From positions 47,740,001 through 47,804,000 of the forward strand of contig OX597825.1 of assembly GCA_951406725.2 (NCBI GenBank): a stretch of DNA of 64,000 nt, written 5' to 3'. This DNA comes from Octopus vulgaris (lineage: Eukaryota). A model generated the notes under the pieces. That model was not told the origin of the DNA. It worked only from the letters and a program-made list of their open reading frames with translations, and ran no database searches. The translations under genes were made by a program, and so were the position numbers. Below, in pieces: positions 1 to 12,346 of the stretch (position 1 is the first letter of the stretch; each line of letters begins with the position of its first letter).

Positions 1-148
1 TATTATCTGTAATTCACAAAATCATAATATTACTCTTTATATTGTTTCAATCGTCTTTTTTCTGTTTTCTTTATTCGTTTAAACATCTCCAGGTTAATTT
101 CTTTTAGCTGGACTTACGTTTTAACTTCTTTATTAATAAGATCACTAA

Positions 149-499
149 CGCGGTGAGCTGGCAGAATCGTTATAATGCCGGTGTATAAGATGAGTACCAG
201 TGGAATACTAAGGCCGATGTAATCGACTATACTCCTTTCCTAAAATTTCAGGCTTTGTATCTGTAGTAGAAAGGATTATTAATAAGATCATTATTTAAGG
301 AAGCGAGCTGAATGCCAAAATGCTTAGCGGCAGTTTGTCCGTCTTTACGTTTTAAGTTCAAATTCCGCCGAAGTAGACTTTGCCTTTCATCCTTTTAAGG
401 TCGATAAAGTAAATACCAGTTGAGCACTGAGGTCGATGCAATCGATTTATTCCTTCCCTCGAAACTGGTGGCCTTGTGCCAAAATTTGAAATCATTATT
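149..499 (+). mobile_element. Two tandem copies (first internally deleted) of tRNA-derived SINE type 1
   Basis: GAGCTGGCAGAATCGTT A-box-like head, AGTTCAAATTCC B-box-like motif, central GCCTTTCATCCTT..GGTCGATAAA..TACCAG domain and short ATT tails; the same unit recurs at 28572, 52621, 54226 and 60773. Confidence 0.85.
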
Positions 500-644
500 A
501 AATCACTATATCGAATTCTTCTCCTACTACAGTTGCTAATGTGGTAACAATTAGGGTTATCAAAATAAAATAAAAGAAAGGAAATCGGAATAAACAAATC
601 ATCCACTGTATGAAATAAAAAAATTAAAGTTGAAAACTTACAAA

Positions 645-647
<3 letters not shown>

Positions 648-694
<47 letters not shown>
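648..694. repeat. (CA)n microsatellite
   Basis: Direct reading. Confidence 0.95.
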
Positions 695-696
<2 letters not shown>

Positions 697-1939
697 GAAT
701 ATTTCAGAGATGAATGCAATTTTTGAAATACAAAACTAGCAACAAATCTGAAACATGTTTGGTTTGTCAATCACCATTAATTCTAATTTCGGCCGCTGTG
801 GCAGGCACTAAAGTCTATTACTCTCTCCGGTTTCCCGCTCGGCTCGAATATTTAACCGAAGTGCTACAGGAGGGCAGCTCACATCTATCTCCTAATTTTG
901 GTTCATGATCATTTAAGTTCTATTCAATGTCTTGCAAACAGTTACTCGTCAGATAGTATTTACTCTCATTTTTTTTCATCAAAACGGCATAGGGAAACTC
1001 CTGTTTTTATTTTATTTTTGAAAATCAAAAGTACGTCTTCTTTACCCTATGTCACAAAACCTACCGCTGCCCATTGCTTTTCCTTTGTTTTGAGTTTGCT
1101 CAAGAAGGACCTGCATCGGAAAACTTTAAAACGTATATAAGAAATGTTCTGAATAATGTTATGTACAGAAATGTCACCGTTTTCTAATAATAAACTTAAC
1201 GTTCATAAAAATGTTTCCATCTGGTTCAGTATTTTCTGAGGAGGTAGGCAATATTACTCTTTGAAGAAGGCATTCTGTTTACAAATGAAGAAAATATCTT
1301 CTTCGCAAATTAAAAGCATTTTCTATTTTTAAAAAATGATATATACAATGGATAACCTTTCTCTGTAAAAAAAAATTCGCATTACATAGAACACTTTCAT
1401 TCTGTAAATCCAGGAATTTGGAGATCGAAATGTTTTTACGTCTGATGAAATAACACAAAGAACAACAACAGCAACATCATCGTTTTAGTTATTTAATTCT
1501 CACTTTTCGTCCCATTTAAAATCTGTTGTAGATTATTAAGAAGTTGGATTTCGGTTAAATATCTTATAAATAAGTTGTCTCTTAAATTTTTCGTTTATAC
1601 CTGAAAAGTCTCAAAGATTGTAACAAAAGTATAGAACTCGAAAAGTAAAATATATCACAATATTTCTGGAGAATTAGAACGGTCCTATTCGGTTGCATAA
1701 AAGGTTAAAAGTTACAATTTATCATTTGTTTTTGACACGACATAATTACTTTTCGCAAAATAAACTTTAAAACATTCTCAGCTAACACTGAGCTAATTCT
1801 TTCACAAGAACTAATATTTATAGTTTGACAATCTATAGGAAGAGAAATGAGAATTAATAGCTTTCTCAAAGGTATCAATGAACTAATGTGATTCGAAATT
1901 AAAGCTTGATTTCAGTTCAATTTCCTACAAAGATACAAG

Positions 1940-2090
1940 ACATGGCTCTGTGGTTAAGGTGTTCGTGCTGCTATTTCGTAGTTTGGGGCTAAATCTTCAG
2001 CCAATACTTTATTCAAGTATCACCTAACCAAAATATCAAATCAAAGATCTCTGAGTGAAATTTTGTAGGCGGAAATTTTGTGGAAGACTT
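1940..2090 (+). mobile_element. Highly degenerate tRNA/CORE-type SINE
   Basis: TGGCTCTGTGGTTAAG head and TGAGTGAAATTTTGTAGGCGGAAA tail resemble the better copy at 60228-60388. Confidence 0.4.
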
Positions 2091-2317
2091 TCATATGAAA
2101 AGTTCTTGTTCGCCTGGTTTAACACCACCTATTAGTTTTTGAGATATTTTAAGCTTGCTATAAAAATTCATGTCAAGTCTTTCTACTCGAAGAATAACTT
2201 CCTACCAGCATCCAGTCTCAGAGACCCTGCCAACGAGGTAGGACTGACTATTTTTCTTATTGAGTCATTTAAGAGATGCAGTACACGGCAGCATCACTTC
2301 AGAAGTAGATAGAATAA

Positions 2318-2386
<69 letters not shown>

Positions 2387-2440
2387 TAATAAATAAAATA
2401 TATGCATACATACAAACTTATATGTACGTACCTCTAAGCT

Positions 2441-2485
<45 letters not shown>

Positions 2486-2550
2486 GACCAAACTGAGAAT
2501 GAACTTAAAAACAAAGAAACTAAATTCTACATTACATTTAATTTAATCCT

Positions 2551-2838
2551 TTAGCTTCTCACCCTATCATCCTGGTCCAGGAAAATAGCCCATACTTGGA
2601 GATCTAAGGATCTCCGGAGTAGCACTGCTACACCGCCACCCGCTTCCGATAGAATACAAGGTGAGAATACTTCGTGGTCATCGAAAATGGATGCTAGAAC
2701 GTGTTTTTCGGAGATCCTTGTTTCACTAATGGCAGCCACGTCCAAATTAAGTGTTCTGAGATCATTGTGCAAGTAACTTTGCTGCCAAGTTGATGCCAAG
2801 TATCACATATTCACACGCTCCATTCTCAGCACAGCCAT
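2551..2838 (-). pseudogene. Apurinic-like endonuclease (APE) N-terminal fragment of LINE ORF2
   Basis: LDVAAISETR (motif II Glu) and GGGVAVLLRR motifs; in-frame stop near the start; truncated at about 2551. Confidence 0.85.
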
Positions 2839-4600
2839 GCAAGTCGGGGAAAGAAAATGAAGAAGTTGGTGAGAATGTTTTAGAAGGCCCTGCCAACAGC
2901 CTTTTATCAATAGATTTATTTTTAATCCTCCCACTTCATGGGAATGCTTCTATCATAGCTTTATAATTAAAAGTATCTCCTTGGATGTTTTGAGGATGAA
3001 ATCCTCAAATTCCTTTCCCACTGTCTCTACACCATTTTTATTTTGATTTACAAAATCCGTCTGTTACACTTGCTCTTAACTGTGAAATTGATGCCTGCAA
3101 CTCGTCTACAATCTGATCAATATTCTTAAAGTTCTATAATCGGTTGTTTCTCGGTTTCTTTAATTTCATACTGTTGTTGATGATGTTGCGGTTTTTGAAG
3201 TTGTTGATCTTGTTCTTGTTGTTTTTGTTGGAGTGGTTTTGAACTGTGTTGCAGTTGTGGTTTCAGAATTAGTTTTTGTTGTTTCCTTCGAGTAGCGCTA
3301 TGCACTCTCCTTCTCTTTCGCCTTCCCCCTTTTGTCACTGTGATCTATTGATTGTTCAGCTTTTCTTTCTCCGTGTCATTGCAGTTTATGTTGGTTTGGG
3401 AGGAAGAGCGTCCAGGAAAAGCTTGCTTTTCCGTGGCAGACTCCTTCTTTGTCTTGGTTTCGGAGTGAGTGTGAGCATGGGTGTGGGAAAAGGTGTAGGA
3501 GTCTTGAGCACTTGTTTGTGATTCTTCACTTGTGGTATCTGTAATGTTGGCAGCGGTGAGACTTTATTTTCCATTGTTTCAGGTAGGAAACCTTTAAGCG
3601 TTTTACATATCCACATTTGTGGCATCTTGGCTACAAATACTGACAGGTGAATACCCTCCGGGAGATCAATTAGAACGGTCAGCTGGTCGATATCATCCTG
3701 CTGCATTGCAAGGTCAGTTCCATACCTATGCCTAACCACTTTTGCTTAGGTAGCTTCTTGACTTCCAGCATTGTAGCTTCGTCTTCTTCCAAACCTGCCA
3801 AGACGGCCGCCACTAAACAGGTAATTGATATATCCGGTGGCAAATTGAGCACTGCAATCTTGGCAAGACGTTGGCCGCGATAGCTGGGGCAATCCTAGTT
3901 GTCTGCAAAGTGGTTACGGAATTACATCTAGCTTTTTCTTCCTTACCAAATCTCACCTCAATCGTTCCAAACTTCTTTCCTCTGGTGATGTGGGTCTTTT
4001 GTTCCCACACACGCTCAAAGTATTTTTGTACTTCGCGCTCAGGAGCATTTTCCACCCGCCGAGACTTGATTCCGAAGCAACGGTATCCGACCGTGCATCT
4101 TACGACATTTTCTATCATGTCGGATTGAGGGTTTAAAACTACCCTTCTCCCATCTCCTTTTACAATTTTCCTGCTAATTTTAACTCTTCTTTGTCTATGT
4201 GGAAACTTTCCATATTTCTCGCCGCTGACGTAAAAGGTGCAGTGGCGATATTTGCGTTTTTATGTTTCATTTCGTTCATATTATTGTTGCTGTTATTATT
4301 GTTGTTGCAGTCACTGCTGCTGCTGTAGTTGTTGCTGATACTACTGCTGCTGTTACTGTTGTTCCCGCTGTCGACACTGAGTAGTTTTGACGTTGCTTAG
4401 AGACGAAATATTTCTCGCCTCGGTAGTGTGATTCCAAATTCCTATTCTCAGTTCTTTCCTTATTCTCAATTCCTTTGTCTAACATTATGATGGCTTCTTT
4501 ATCAGCCATCTTTAAAAAAATTACAGGAAATTGCAAAATATTTGTTTTTGCCGGAAACAGTTTAAATTCAAAACTTGTTTACGCGCACCCCCTGCAAAAC
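2551..4600 (-). mobile_element. 5' half of an L1/Tx1-like LINE (frameshifted ORF1 plus start of ORF2)
   Basis: Broken ORF1-like frames 2870-4509 (starting MADKEA; basic, Pro/Gln-rich linker) directly upstream of an APE endonuclease N-terminus. Confidence 0.7.
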
Positions 4601-4795
4601 CGGGGTGTTTCTAAAAAGAAATGCTATGTGCAAAATCTAGACAATCTCAAAAATGTAATGGTAACAACAAAAATGAAAAGACGAGATCTTAGAAGGCCGA
4701 AAAGATTTCAAACACTTTTTCAACTTACAGAGCACCAAATTTTCATGACTTCATAGTATAGAAGCCATAATCATAGTAATAGTTTTAATAAAAAT

Positions 4796-4796
4796 T

Positions 4797-4834
<38 letters not shown>

Positions 4835-4846
4835 AATAATGATAAC

Positions 4847-4894
<48 letters not shown>
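4796..4894. repeat. (ATT)n/(AAT)n microsatellite flanking the 5' end of family A copy 1
   Basis: Direct reading. Confidence 0.95.
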
Positions 4895-4895
<1 letters not shown>

Positions 4896-5903
4896 GACGT
4901 GATAGAGGCTGTACGTGTTCTTCGCTGCTCTGACTTGTCAGCAGCTGAAGACAGAGAAACGCTAATACAACCCAGCAGGACAATAGAAAAAACAACTGTA
5001 AAAAACTGAAAGATCTACTGTTTTCTGTGAGTAATTTGAATTTCCCTCAAAATAATTTAAGGAACTTACATATCTACAGCTTTGGACACACAAACGAACA
5101 CATAACAAAAAAAAAATTAGAAACATAAATATCTCCAATTTTGTGTCGCCCCTTCTTCCTTGACTATCATAATATGTAAAAATGCCTTTTATTGTAACAA
5201 CACAATTAAATGCACGATAAAAAATTATGGAAGTAAGCACCTGCTAATACATACATACTGCACAACTACAAAAACTGTAAACCACAGCAAAACTTTTAAA
5301 AATAAAAGAAAAATTCCAAAAGAAAAAAAAGAAATTCAGAAAGTCAAATATCCAACAAGGTGAACCTGCTCTTTATCTTACTATTCCCAAAGACTGAAAT
5401 ATCTACAATTCCCTGTAAATATTTTAAATCTCCCTCAAAATAAAATAAGTTAGGAAACTTACATACCTACAGCTATCGAACACACAAACGGTTAGCTTAA
5501 AATTTAAAAAAATCTTTAATATCTACAACAAATGTGCGACAACTTATCCCTGAGTATTCTAAAATGTAAATATCATCCTCCTTTTTATTCTAAGAACACT
5601 ACCATTTCTCTCTGTGCGGTCATACAAAAGACCATATTAAGTAAATCTTAGAACTTTACTAGCCACAACTTGTTTTCTTTTCTTTTAGACTCTCCCTGAG
5701 CATTCGAAAATGTAAACATCCTTCCCATTGCAAAAGTCTTACTGTATTCTCCAACTGGACAGACAAACGAACATCTCAAGAATAGTTAAAATTTTAATAT
5801 ATTACCCAAATACGTAAACACAACTTTTATTGCAACAACACGATTGAATTCAGAAATTCAAAAAATCATCGACGTGAATATCAGATAATATGTGTGTGTA
5901 TGT

Positions 5904-5952
<49 letters not shown>

Positions 5953-6508
5953 TGTGTGTGTGGGTGGGTGTATACATATTATTGTTGTTGTTTTTCCTAC
6001 CATTAATTCCAAATATAACAAGTTGAATTGCTTCTATTCAAGGCAGCGCTCCCAGTATCCACTTGCAGTAGTAAATATGCTTGACCTCTACTGACTCAAA
6101 GGGTGCGAAGTTGTCCTTTGTCTCTATGGCTGACCTCTCCACCATCTGCTGAATTTATTTATAGACTTATAGAACATGACCTCTTAACCAAATTCTATCC
6201 AACTATTCCCTCAAACAATGGTAGTAGTGGTGGTGATGGTGATAATGATAAAATAATGATAATGATAATAATAATATGCTGCTGCTAATACTTAATACGA
6301 CTAATACTACAACTACTACTACTATTATGATAGCACAGGAATCTGAGGCCCAACTACCACCCTTACCACTACCCCCTCCTACGTTACTGTTGCTGTTGCT
6401 GCAACAACTGCTGCGACTACACATAAAACAATAAAATCATTGATGATGATGATAATGGTGGTGATAATAATAATGGTAGTGATAATAATAATAATAATAA
6501 TAATAATG

Positions 6509-6561
<53 letters not shown>

Positions 6562-9500
6562 TGACAGATCTTTTTTTCACTTTTTTTCTTATTTTATTTT
6601 CAATTTTTCGAACTAACACAGGCAGAGTGAACTTTTGATAAGTTCAAAAAACACCACAAAAAAATCTGTGTTCGGAGATAAATCTATCAACAAAAATAAA
6701 AACAAACGAATACAGATCTGCTAGCCTTAAGAAGCTACTCCATGAACAATGTTTACATGCAGAGAACACGGAGACGGTGTTGTCGCAAAAAATTAACCCT
6801 AAACTGACGGATCCGTCTCCTAATGTAAGAGTCGAAGCTCGTCATGCCTCACTGTTACAAATTACAAACTGCGATAGTCATCGAGCGGATTACAAAAGAC
6901 CACATACCCGAATATTGAACCAAATTCGGGTTAAAAAATCAGCTACTGGTTCAATTCTTCTCGACACACGGGAGCTGGACGTACCCCACAACCGTTATAT
7001 TCCAACAGATGGCCATCCATGTCCGTCATCAAATAACCGAAAGAAAAAGAATAAAAAATGGTCTAGGCAAGATAATAAAGAAGTACTTGCGGCCTTCTAC
7101 CATGCCATATATTTCCCCACAGATAAATCTAATACTGTACAAACCTACTTAAACTGGAGACAGAAACACCCTGAAGCAAGACCCTACATAGACAGTAACA
7201 AACTTGCCAACGTCAGAAGAAACATTATAACAAACAAATTACTGACTGAAGTAGAGATTGACCAAATTAGACAAGCAGTAACGGATAAAATGAACGAAGC
7301 TGCAGATAATACAGAGGAAATAGTTATAGACCAGCCCAGAGCTGATAAAAATGAAGTAAGGATTGAAAGAGTTAGTATAAGTGATAAGCAAAGTGAAATA
7401 CTCCCTGAACCAATCATAAACACAAAGACAGATGAATATCAAATAGATGAAGAAAGACACACAAATATTGACCCATCAGAACTACATGAGCTAAAAAGTA
7501 AAATCATGATTGAATGGCTGAAAATTAAAGAAACCAGTATGGATGAACGCGATACACTCCCTAAAATCCTCAACTCTAACCAAAACATGAAAATAATTGG
7601 TAAAATCCGGCTGCAATTAAGGATATAATCTCAGCTAATGATGTTGATATCACAGATCTCAACCACCTGTACTATGCATCCGCGAAAATCTCAACGATCC
7701 TATGTGGTGAAAAGATTAGAAAACGGCAACATTCCCACGAAAAGCCTTCTTGGCAAGAGCGTATCCAACAACAAATTAAACTTCTTAGGTCTGACATTGA
7801 ATATTTTAAAAATCTTAAGGTTGACAAGACTACTAAAACTACAAAAGCCCAAAAATTAATGAAAAAATATAATATGAAAACTATATTTGATATTGATGCC
7901 ACCATAGAAACCATCAAGCAAAAGGTATCTGCTAAAGCTGCCCGCATAGCGAGGTATGAAAAGCGTGTTAGATTCTTCAAGGACAACAACATGTTCAAAA
8001 ATAACCACCAACATTTTTACAGGAAGATAGGGAAAACACCAGTTACTGTAAAGTTTGTGCCATCAAAAGAAGAAGTGCAGGGATTTTGGAATAAAATTTG
8101 GGCAGAAGAAAAAACACACAGCGAAAAGGCCCCCTGGATTGATAGAATATCAACAGAACTGGACTCCTTAGAAGAGCAAAAGTGGGAGGGTGTCAAGGTA
8201 GAAGATATAAGATCTGCTCTCAGGAGGTCGAGCAAATGGAAGTCTCCAGGAAAGGATAAAATCCCTAACTTCTGGTTGAATGCCTTCCCAGAGAGCTATA
8301 AACTGCTAACAGAACTTTACAATGATGTTTTGCAACACCCTAGTAGGATGCCTCCTTGGCTAGTTAATGGTTAACGTTCCTGCTTCCAAAAAGTGAAGAA
8401 ACAAATGAACCAAAAAACTATAGACCCATAACCTGCTTAACAGCTATGTATAAAACGGTAATATCTGTCCTGACGGAGTATACCTATAGTTTTTTTAACA
8501 GACAGCAGCATATTGCCTAATGTACAGAAAGGATGTAAAGATCAGCTACTCATCAATAAGATGATCTTAGAAAATTGTCACAAACGACACAAAAACTTAT
8601 CAATAGCCTGGATAGACTATAAAAAGGCTTTTGATAGCCTACCACATAGCTGGATTAAGAAATGCCTGGAAATATATAAAATAGCACCTACTCTGCGAAA
8701 CTTTTTGTCTGTAAGTATGAGATCATGGAGAACCACACTAACTTTGAACAGTGACAATGAATCTCTAAATGCTGGTGATGTAAAAATTTCATGTGGCATT
8801 TTCCAGGGTGACTCACTATCACCACTCCTCTTCTGTTTAGCCTTAATACCTCTCTCAAAACCGCTCAATGACGCGCAGTACGGATATAAAATGTTTGATA
8901 AAAATATAAATCATCTGCAAAAAATGACCAACAACTCAAGGGCTTACTACCGATTGTTAAACAATTCAGTGATGACATCAGAATGCAATTTGGCCTCGAT
9001 AAATGTGCAAAAGCTACCTTTATCAAAGGAAAAATGACAGAAACATCTAACGTTAACCTTGACCAGCAGAATGTCATAAAAGAATTAGACCCAGCGGAGA
9101 ACTACAAGTACCTAAGCGTAATTGAAGTGGACGGAATAAGGCATCCAGTGATGAAGGAAAGGATCAGGAGAGAATATTATCGCAGAGTAAGAGCAATACT
9201 CAAGACAGAGCTGAATGCGAGAAACAGGATCGAAGCGATCAATGCTTTAGCCATACCAGTCGTGACTTACAGCTTCAATATCGTTAACTGGTCAATTACT
9301 GAAATAAGTAATCTTGACAGAAAAATACGAAAACTGTTGACGATGCATAGAATGCACCACTCTAAGGCAGATACAGAACTACTTTATCTGCCAAGAAAAG
9401 AGGGAGGCCGTGGACTTTTACAACTGGCAGTAACAATGAAGATTGCTACAATTGGCCTAGAAAAACTCTGAGGACTGGATGTTAAAACCTGTCTCAAAAC

Positions 9501-10519
9501 ATGAAAACAAGAAAGCATCATACTCAGTAACAAAAGAGGCAAAGGAATATCTAAGTGAATTCCGAATACAACACATTTCGGAATTAGACATACAAGAAAC
9601 AAGCACAGAAAACCCGTGCTCAAATTGCTGCCTTAGATATTCTGAATGATAAATGGCAAGAAAATCTGGCTAAAAACCTGAAACAGAAGGGTTTATCATA
9701 GCAGCTCAGGATCAATGCCTACCTACAAGGAACTACCAAGCCAACATAGTAAAAACGGCTTAACATGTCGTGTATGTCAACAACAAAATGAAACCATTGA
9801 TCATGTGGTCTCCAAGTGCAGTCTTCTTGTGCCTACAGAGTATCTCAACAGGCATGATAGAGCTGCACAATATATTCACTGGGTAATTTGTAAAAAACTG
9901 GACTTGCCCCATGAAAAAAACTGGTGGGAACACAAATCACCTCCAGTGCTTGAAAATGACCACATCTCATTCCTCTGGAACTTCACCATTCAAACTGACA
10001 GAAAGATAGACGCGAATAGGCCAGACATCATATTGAAAGACTTCAGACAAAAATAATCCTCCTCATTGATATGACTGTCCCAATCGATATAAACGTATAT
10101 CATGACCTACCAAAAACTGAGCAAATATAAAGATCTGGAAATAGAAATCAGCAAAATGTGGAAGCTGAAGACTAAAACAATACCTGTCGTCATAGGTGCC
10201 CTGGGAATGATAGCAAAAGGGGCTGATTGCTACCTAACTCAGATACTAGGAAATCCCAAAATGGCAGAAATTCAAAAGATAGTGCTCATGGGAACTGCTC
10301 ATATCCTACGCAAAATACTTTCTATGTAATCTCGAGTTTTAAAATAAACATAATTCTCGTATGGCTTTTTAGATATTCACTAGTACAACACAAAGTACAA
10401 AACCAAATATATAACATACTAGGCATAACACCAACAAGAACTTCCAACTTCTTGTCTCTTGAGGTCTCTGGGTGAGACTTGGAGCCAACGTGTGAAAATG
10501 TAAAGCAAAAGTCAAACAT

Positions 10520-10520
<1 letters not shown>
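4895..10520 (+). mobile_element. Near full-length R4/Dong-clade REL non-LTR retrotransposon, family A copy 1
   Basis: Bounded by (AAT)n on both sides; long 5' region shared with the copy at 16220-20650; single decayed ORF; 3' end GAGGTCTCTGGGTGAGACTTGGAGCC...GCAAAAGTCAAACA followed by AAT. Confidence 0.9.
6668..10329 (+). pseudogene. Frameshifted family A polyprotein (Myb-like N-terminus, RT, CCHC, REL)
   Basis: KWSRQDNKE..WRQKHP..SNKLANVRRNI; KSPGKDKIPNFW; [10 protein letters not shown]; [13 protein letters not shown]; LYLPRKEGGRGL; CRVCQQQNETIDHVVSKC; RHD; NRPDII; KLSKYKDL; IPVVIGALG. The YMDD motif is deleted at about 8915. Confidence 0.9.
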
Positions 10521-10583
<63 letters not shown>

Positions 10584-10637
10584 TGATGATGATAATGATA
10601 ATAATAACAATAATAATAATCATGATAATAATATTAC

Positions 10638-10680
<43 letters not shown>
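10521..10680. repeat. (AAT)n/(GAT)n microsatellite
   Basis: Direct reading. Confidence 0.95.
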
Positions 10681-10699
10681 GTGATAAGTATAAAGCAAG

Positions 10700-11120
10700 C
10701 AAAAACTGAGCAAGTATAAAGTGCTTGAAATAAAAAATTGTCAAAATGTGGAACCTCAAGACTAAAACAATACTTGTTTTCATAGGTGCCTTAGGAATGA
10801 TAGCAAAAAGGGCTGATTGTTACCTAACCCAGATGCCAGGATATCCAAAAATATAAGAAATTTAAAAATTAGTGCCCGTGGGAACTGCCCACATCCTCCG
10901 TAAAATATTGTTTATGTTATCCCAAAGATATTTTAATCCGTAAAGTGTCAAAATACTTTTAAATGTACTTAAGTGCAAACACTTTTTACTGTCATCTTAA
11001 CATGACACTATCATCTTATAATCAAACTACTTTTAAAACAAACTTCTAATTTTCTTATATTTTGACAGATATTCTCTAGAACAATACTCTGTGCAAAGCC
11101 AAACATATGGCACCCTAGAC
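10700..11120 (+). mobile_element. Degenerate 3' fragment of a family A-like element
   Basis: DNA similarity to 10110-10330 (KLSKYK..MWNLKTKT..IGALGMIAK) and to the 3' UTR. Confidence 0.8.
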
Positions 11121-11339
11121 TTTAGACTTTTCTAAAAGAGGCAGTTATAAATTGTGCTAGATTATTGTAATTTTAACATATCATTATTATACATCTGAAT
11201 AAGTTGATCTGTCAACTTTCGTTATTCTTGATTGAAGAAGGCGGCTGTAAACTCTTTGGACACAATCTACTAAACACTTTTTTGCCATCGCTAACGAGCT
11301 TGCGGAATGCAGTCAAGAGATAAAAACAGCTTGGAAGCT

Positions 11340-11916
11340 TACTATACAATACAATTTTCTGTCAAACTGGGCAAACGTGCAGCAGAAACTTTCGAAATGC
11401 TCCAAACTGCTTCAGGATAAACTTGTATGAGTCGAGCATCTGTTATTCGTTGGCTCAAGAGGCCAGACAAATAAAGTCTACTGAAAATCTCATGATGATC
11501 CCATTTTTTTGTCAGCCAGAACATTATCTACCTCCGCAAGCACCTTTCTGCCAGACGGTCAACAAAGAGTACTTTGTGGAGGTACTGAGAGGGTTCAGGA
11601 AGAGATTTCGTTGTAAAATGTCAGAGCACCAGCACCATAATTCCGTCCTGGTAACCAGAGATGGGCATCAAAACTATCTCTCACTTTCCCTACAGTCCAG
11701 AACTTGCTCCCTCTGACTTTTGGCTGTTCCCTTAGCTGAAGGAAGCTGTGATAATATTTCTGGACATCATCAATATGGAAGACTTTTATAGAGCTCTAGA
11801 ACAAGTGTATTGAATTCGGAGGATCGTATATTGAAGGATATTAAAGTTTTGTAATTATTTACAATTAATAAACATCTTCCCTGAAAAAAATCTAAAAACT
11901 TCTGAAATGTACCTTG
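11340..11916 (+). mobile_element. Internally deleted mariner transposase remnant
   Basis: KLGKRAAETFEMLQ..MSRASVIRW (HTH), QTVNKEYFVEVL, PYSPELAPSDFWLFP (YSPDLAP motif) and KCIEFGGSYIEG C-terminus; TIR-like end near 11890-11916. Confidence 0.8.
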
Positions 11917-12342
11917 TGAGTGTCCCCACTAATAAAAATACATCTGCCAAGGAATTTAACAAGCTCAGTAAATATAAAGATCGGGAAACGGAAATGGAGA
12001 GATGTGACATTTTAAAGTGAAAACCGTGCCAGCTATTCTAGATTCCCTTGGTTTGATAACAAAAAAGATAAGTAAAAAATACCCAGATAACATCCCAGGA
12101 AACCTATTTTTCACAGAAATTCAAAGAACTATGTTGACAAGTTCTACATCCTTAACAAAAGCCCTGTCGATTTAAATGTTTTGCGTTGCGTTGAGTTATG
12201 AGAATGTATTTCTGTACTGTCCCCCCACTTGACCAAACTTTCGAATAGATCTAAATATCTCTTGACTTTCACTTACCGTGGGTCGTTGGGTGTAACTCGA
12301 CAATTGATTGTATCAAAACGTACATTAAAAGGAAAATAATAA
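11917..12342 (+). mobile_element. 3' fragment of R4/Dong-like family E (REL C-terminus plus 3' UTR)
   Basis: SVPTNKNTSAKEFNKLSKYKDRETE; IPGNLFFTEIQR; ends in AATAATAAT. Confidence 0.7.
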
Positions 12343-12346
12343 TTAG

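Noticed and set aside
2260-2496. ORFs rich in YI, IIII, NNNN, HT or CV runs here and throughout the ORF track
   Set aside because: They are translations of (TA)n, (ATT)n, (AAT)n and (CA)n microsatellites, not genes
7184-9623. Antisense ORFs over family A (also at 17773-18786 and 25399-25914)
   Set aside because: Shadow frames of the retrotransposon ORF; they recur only because the element is repeated
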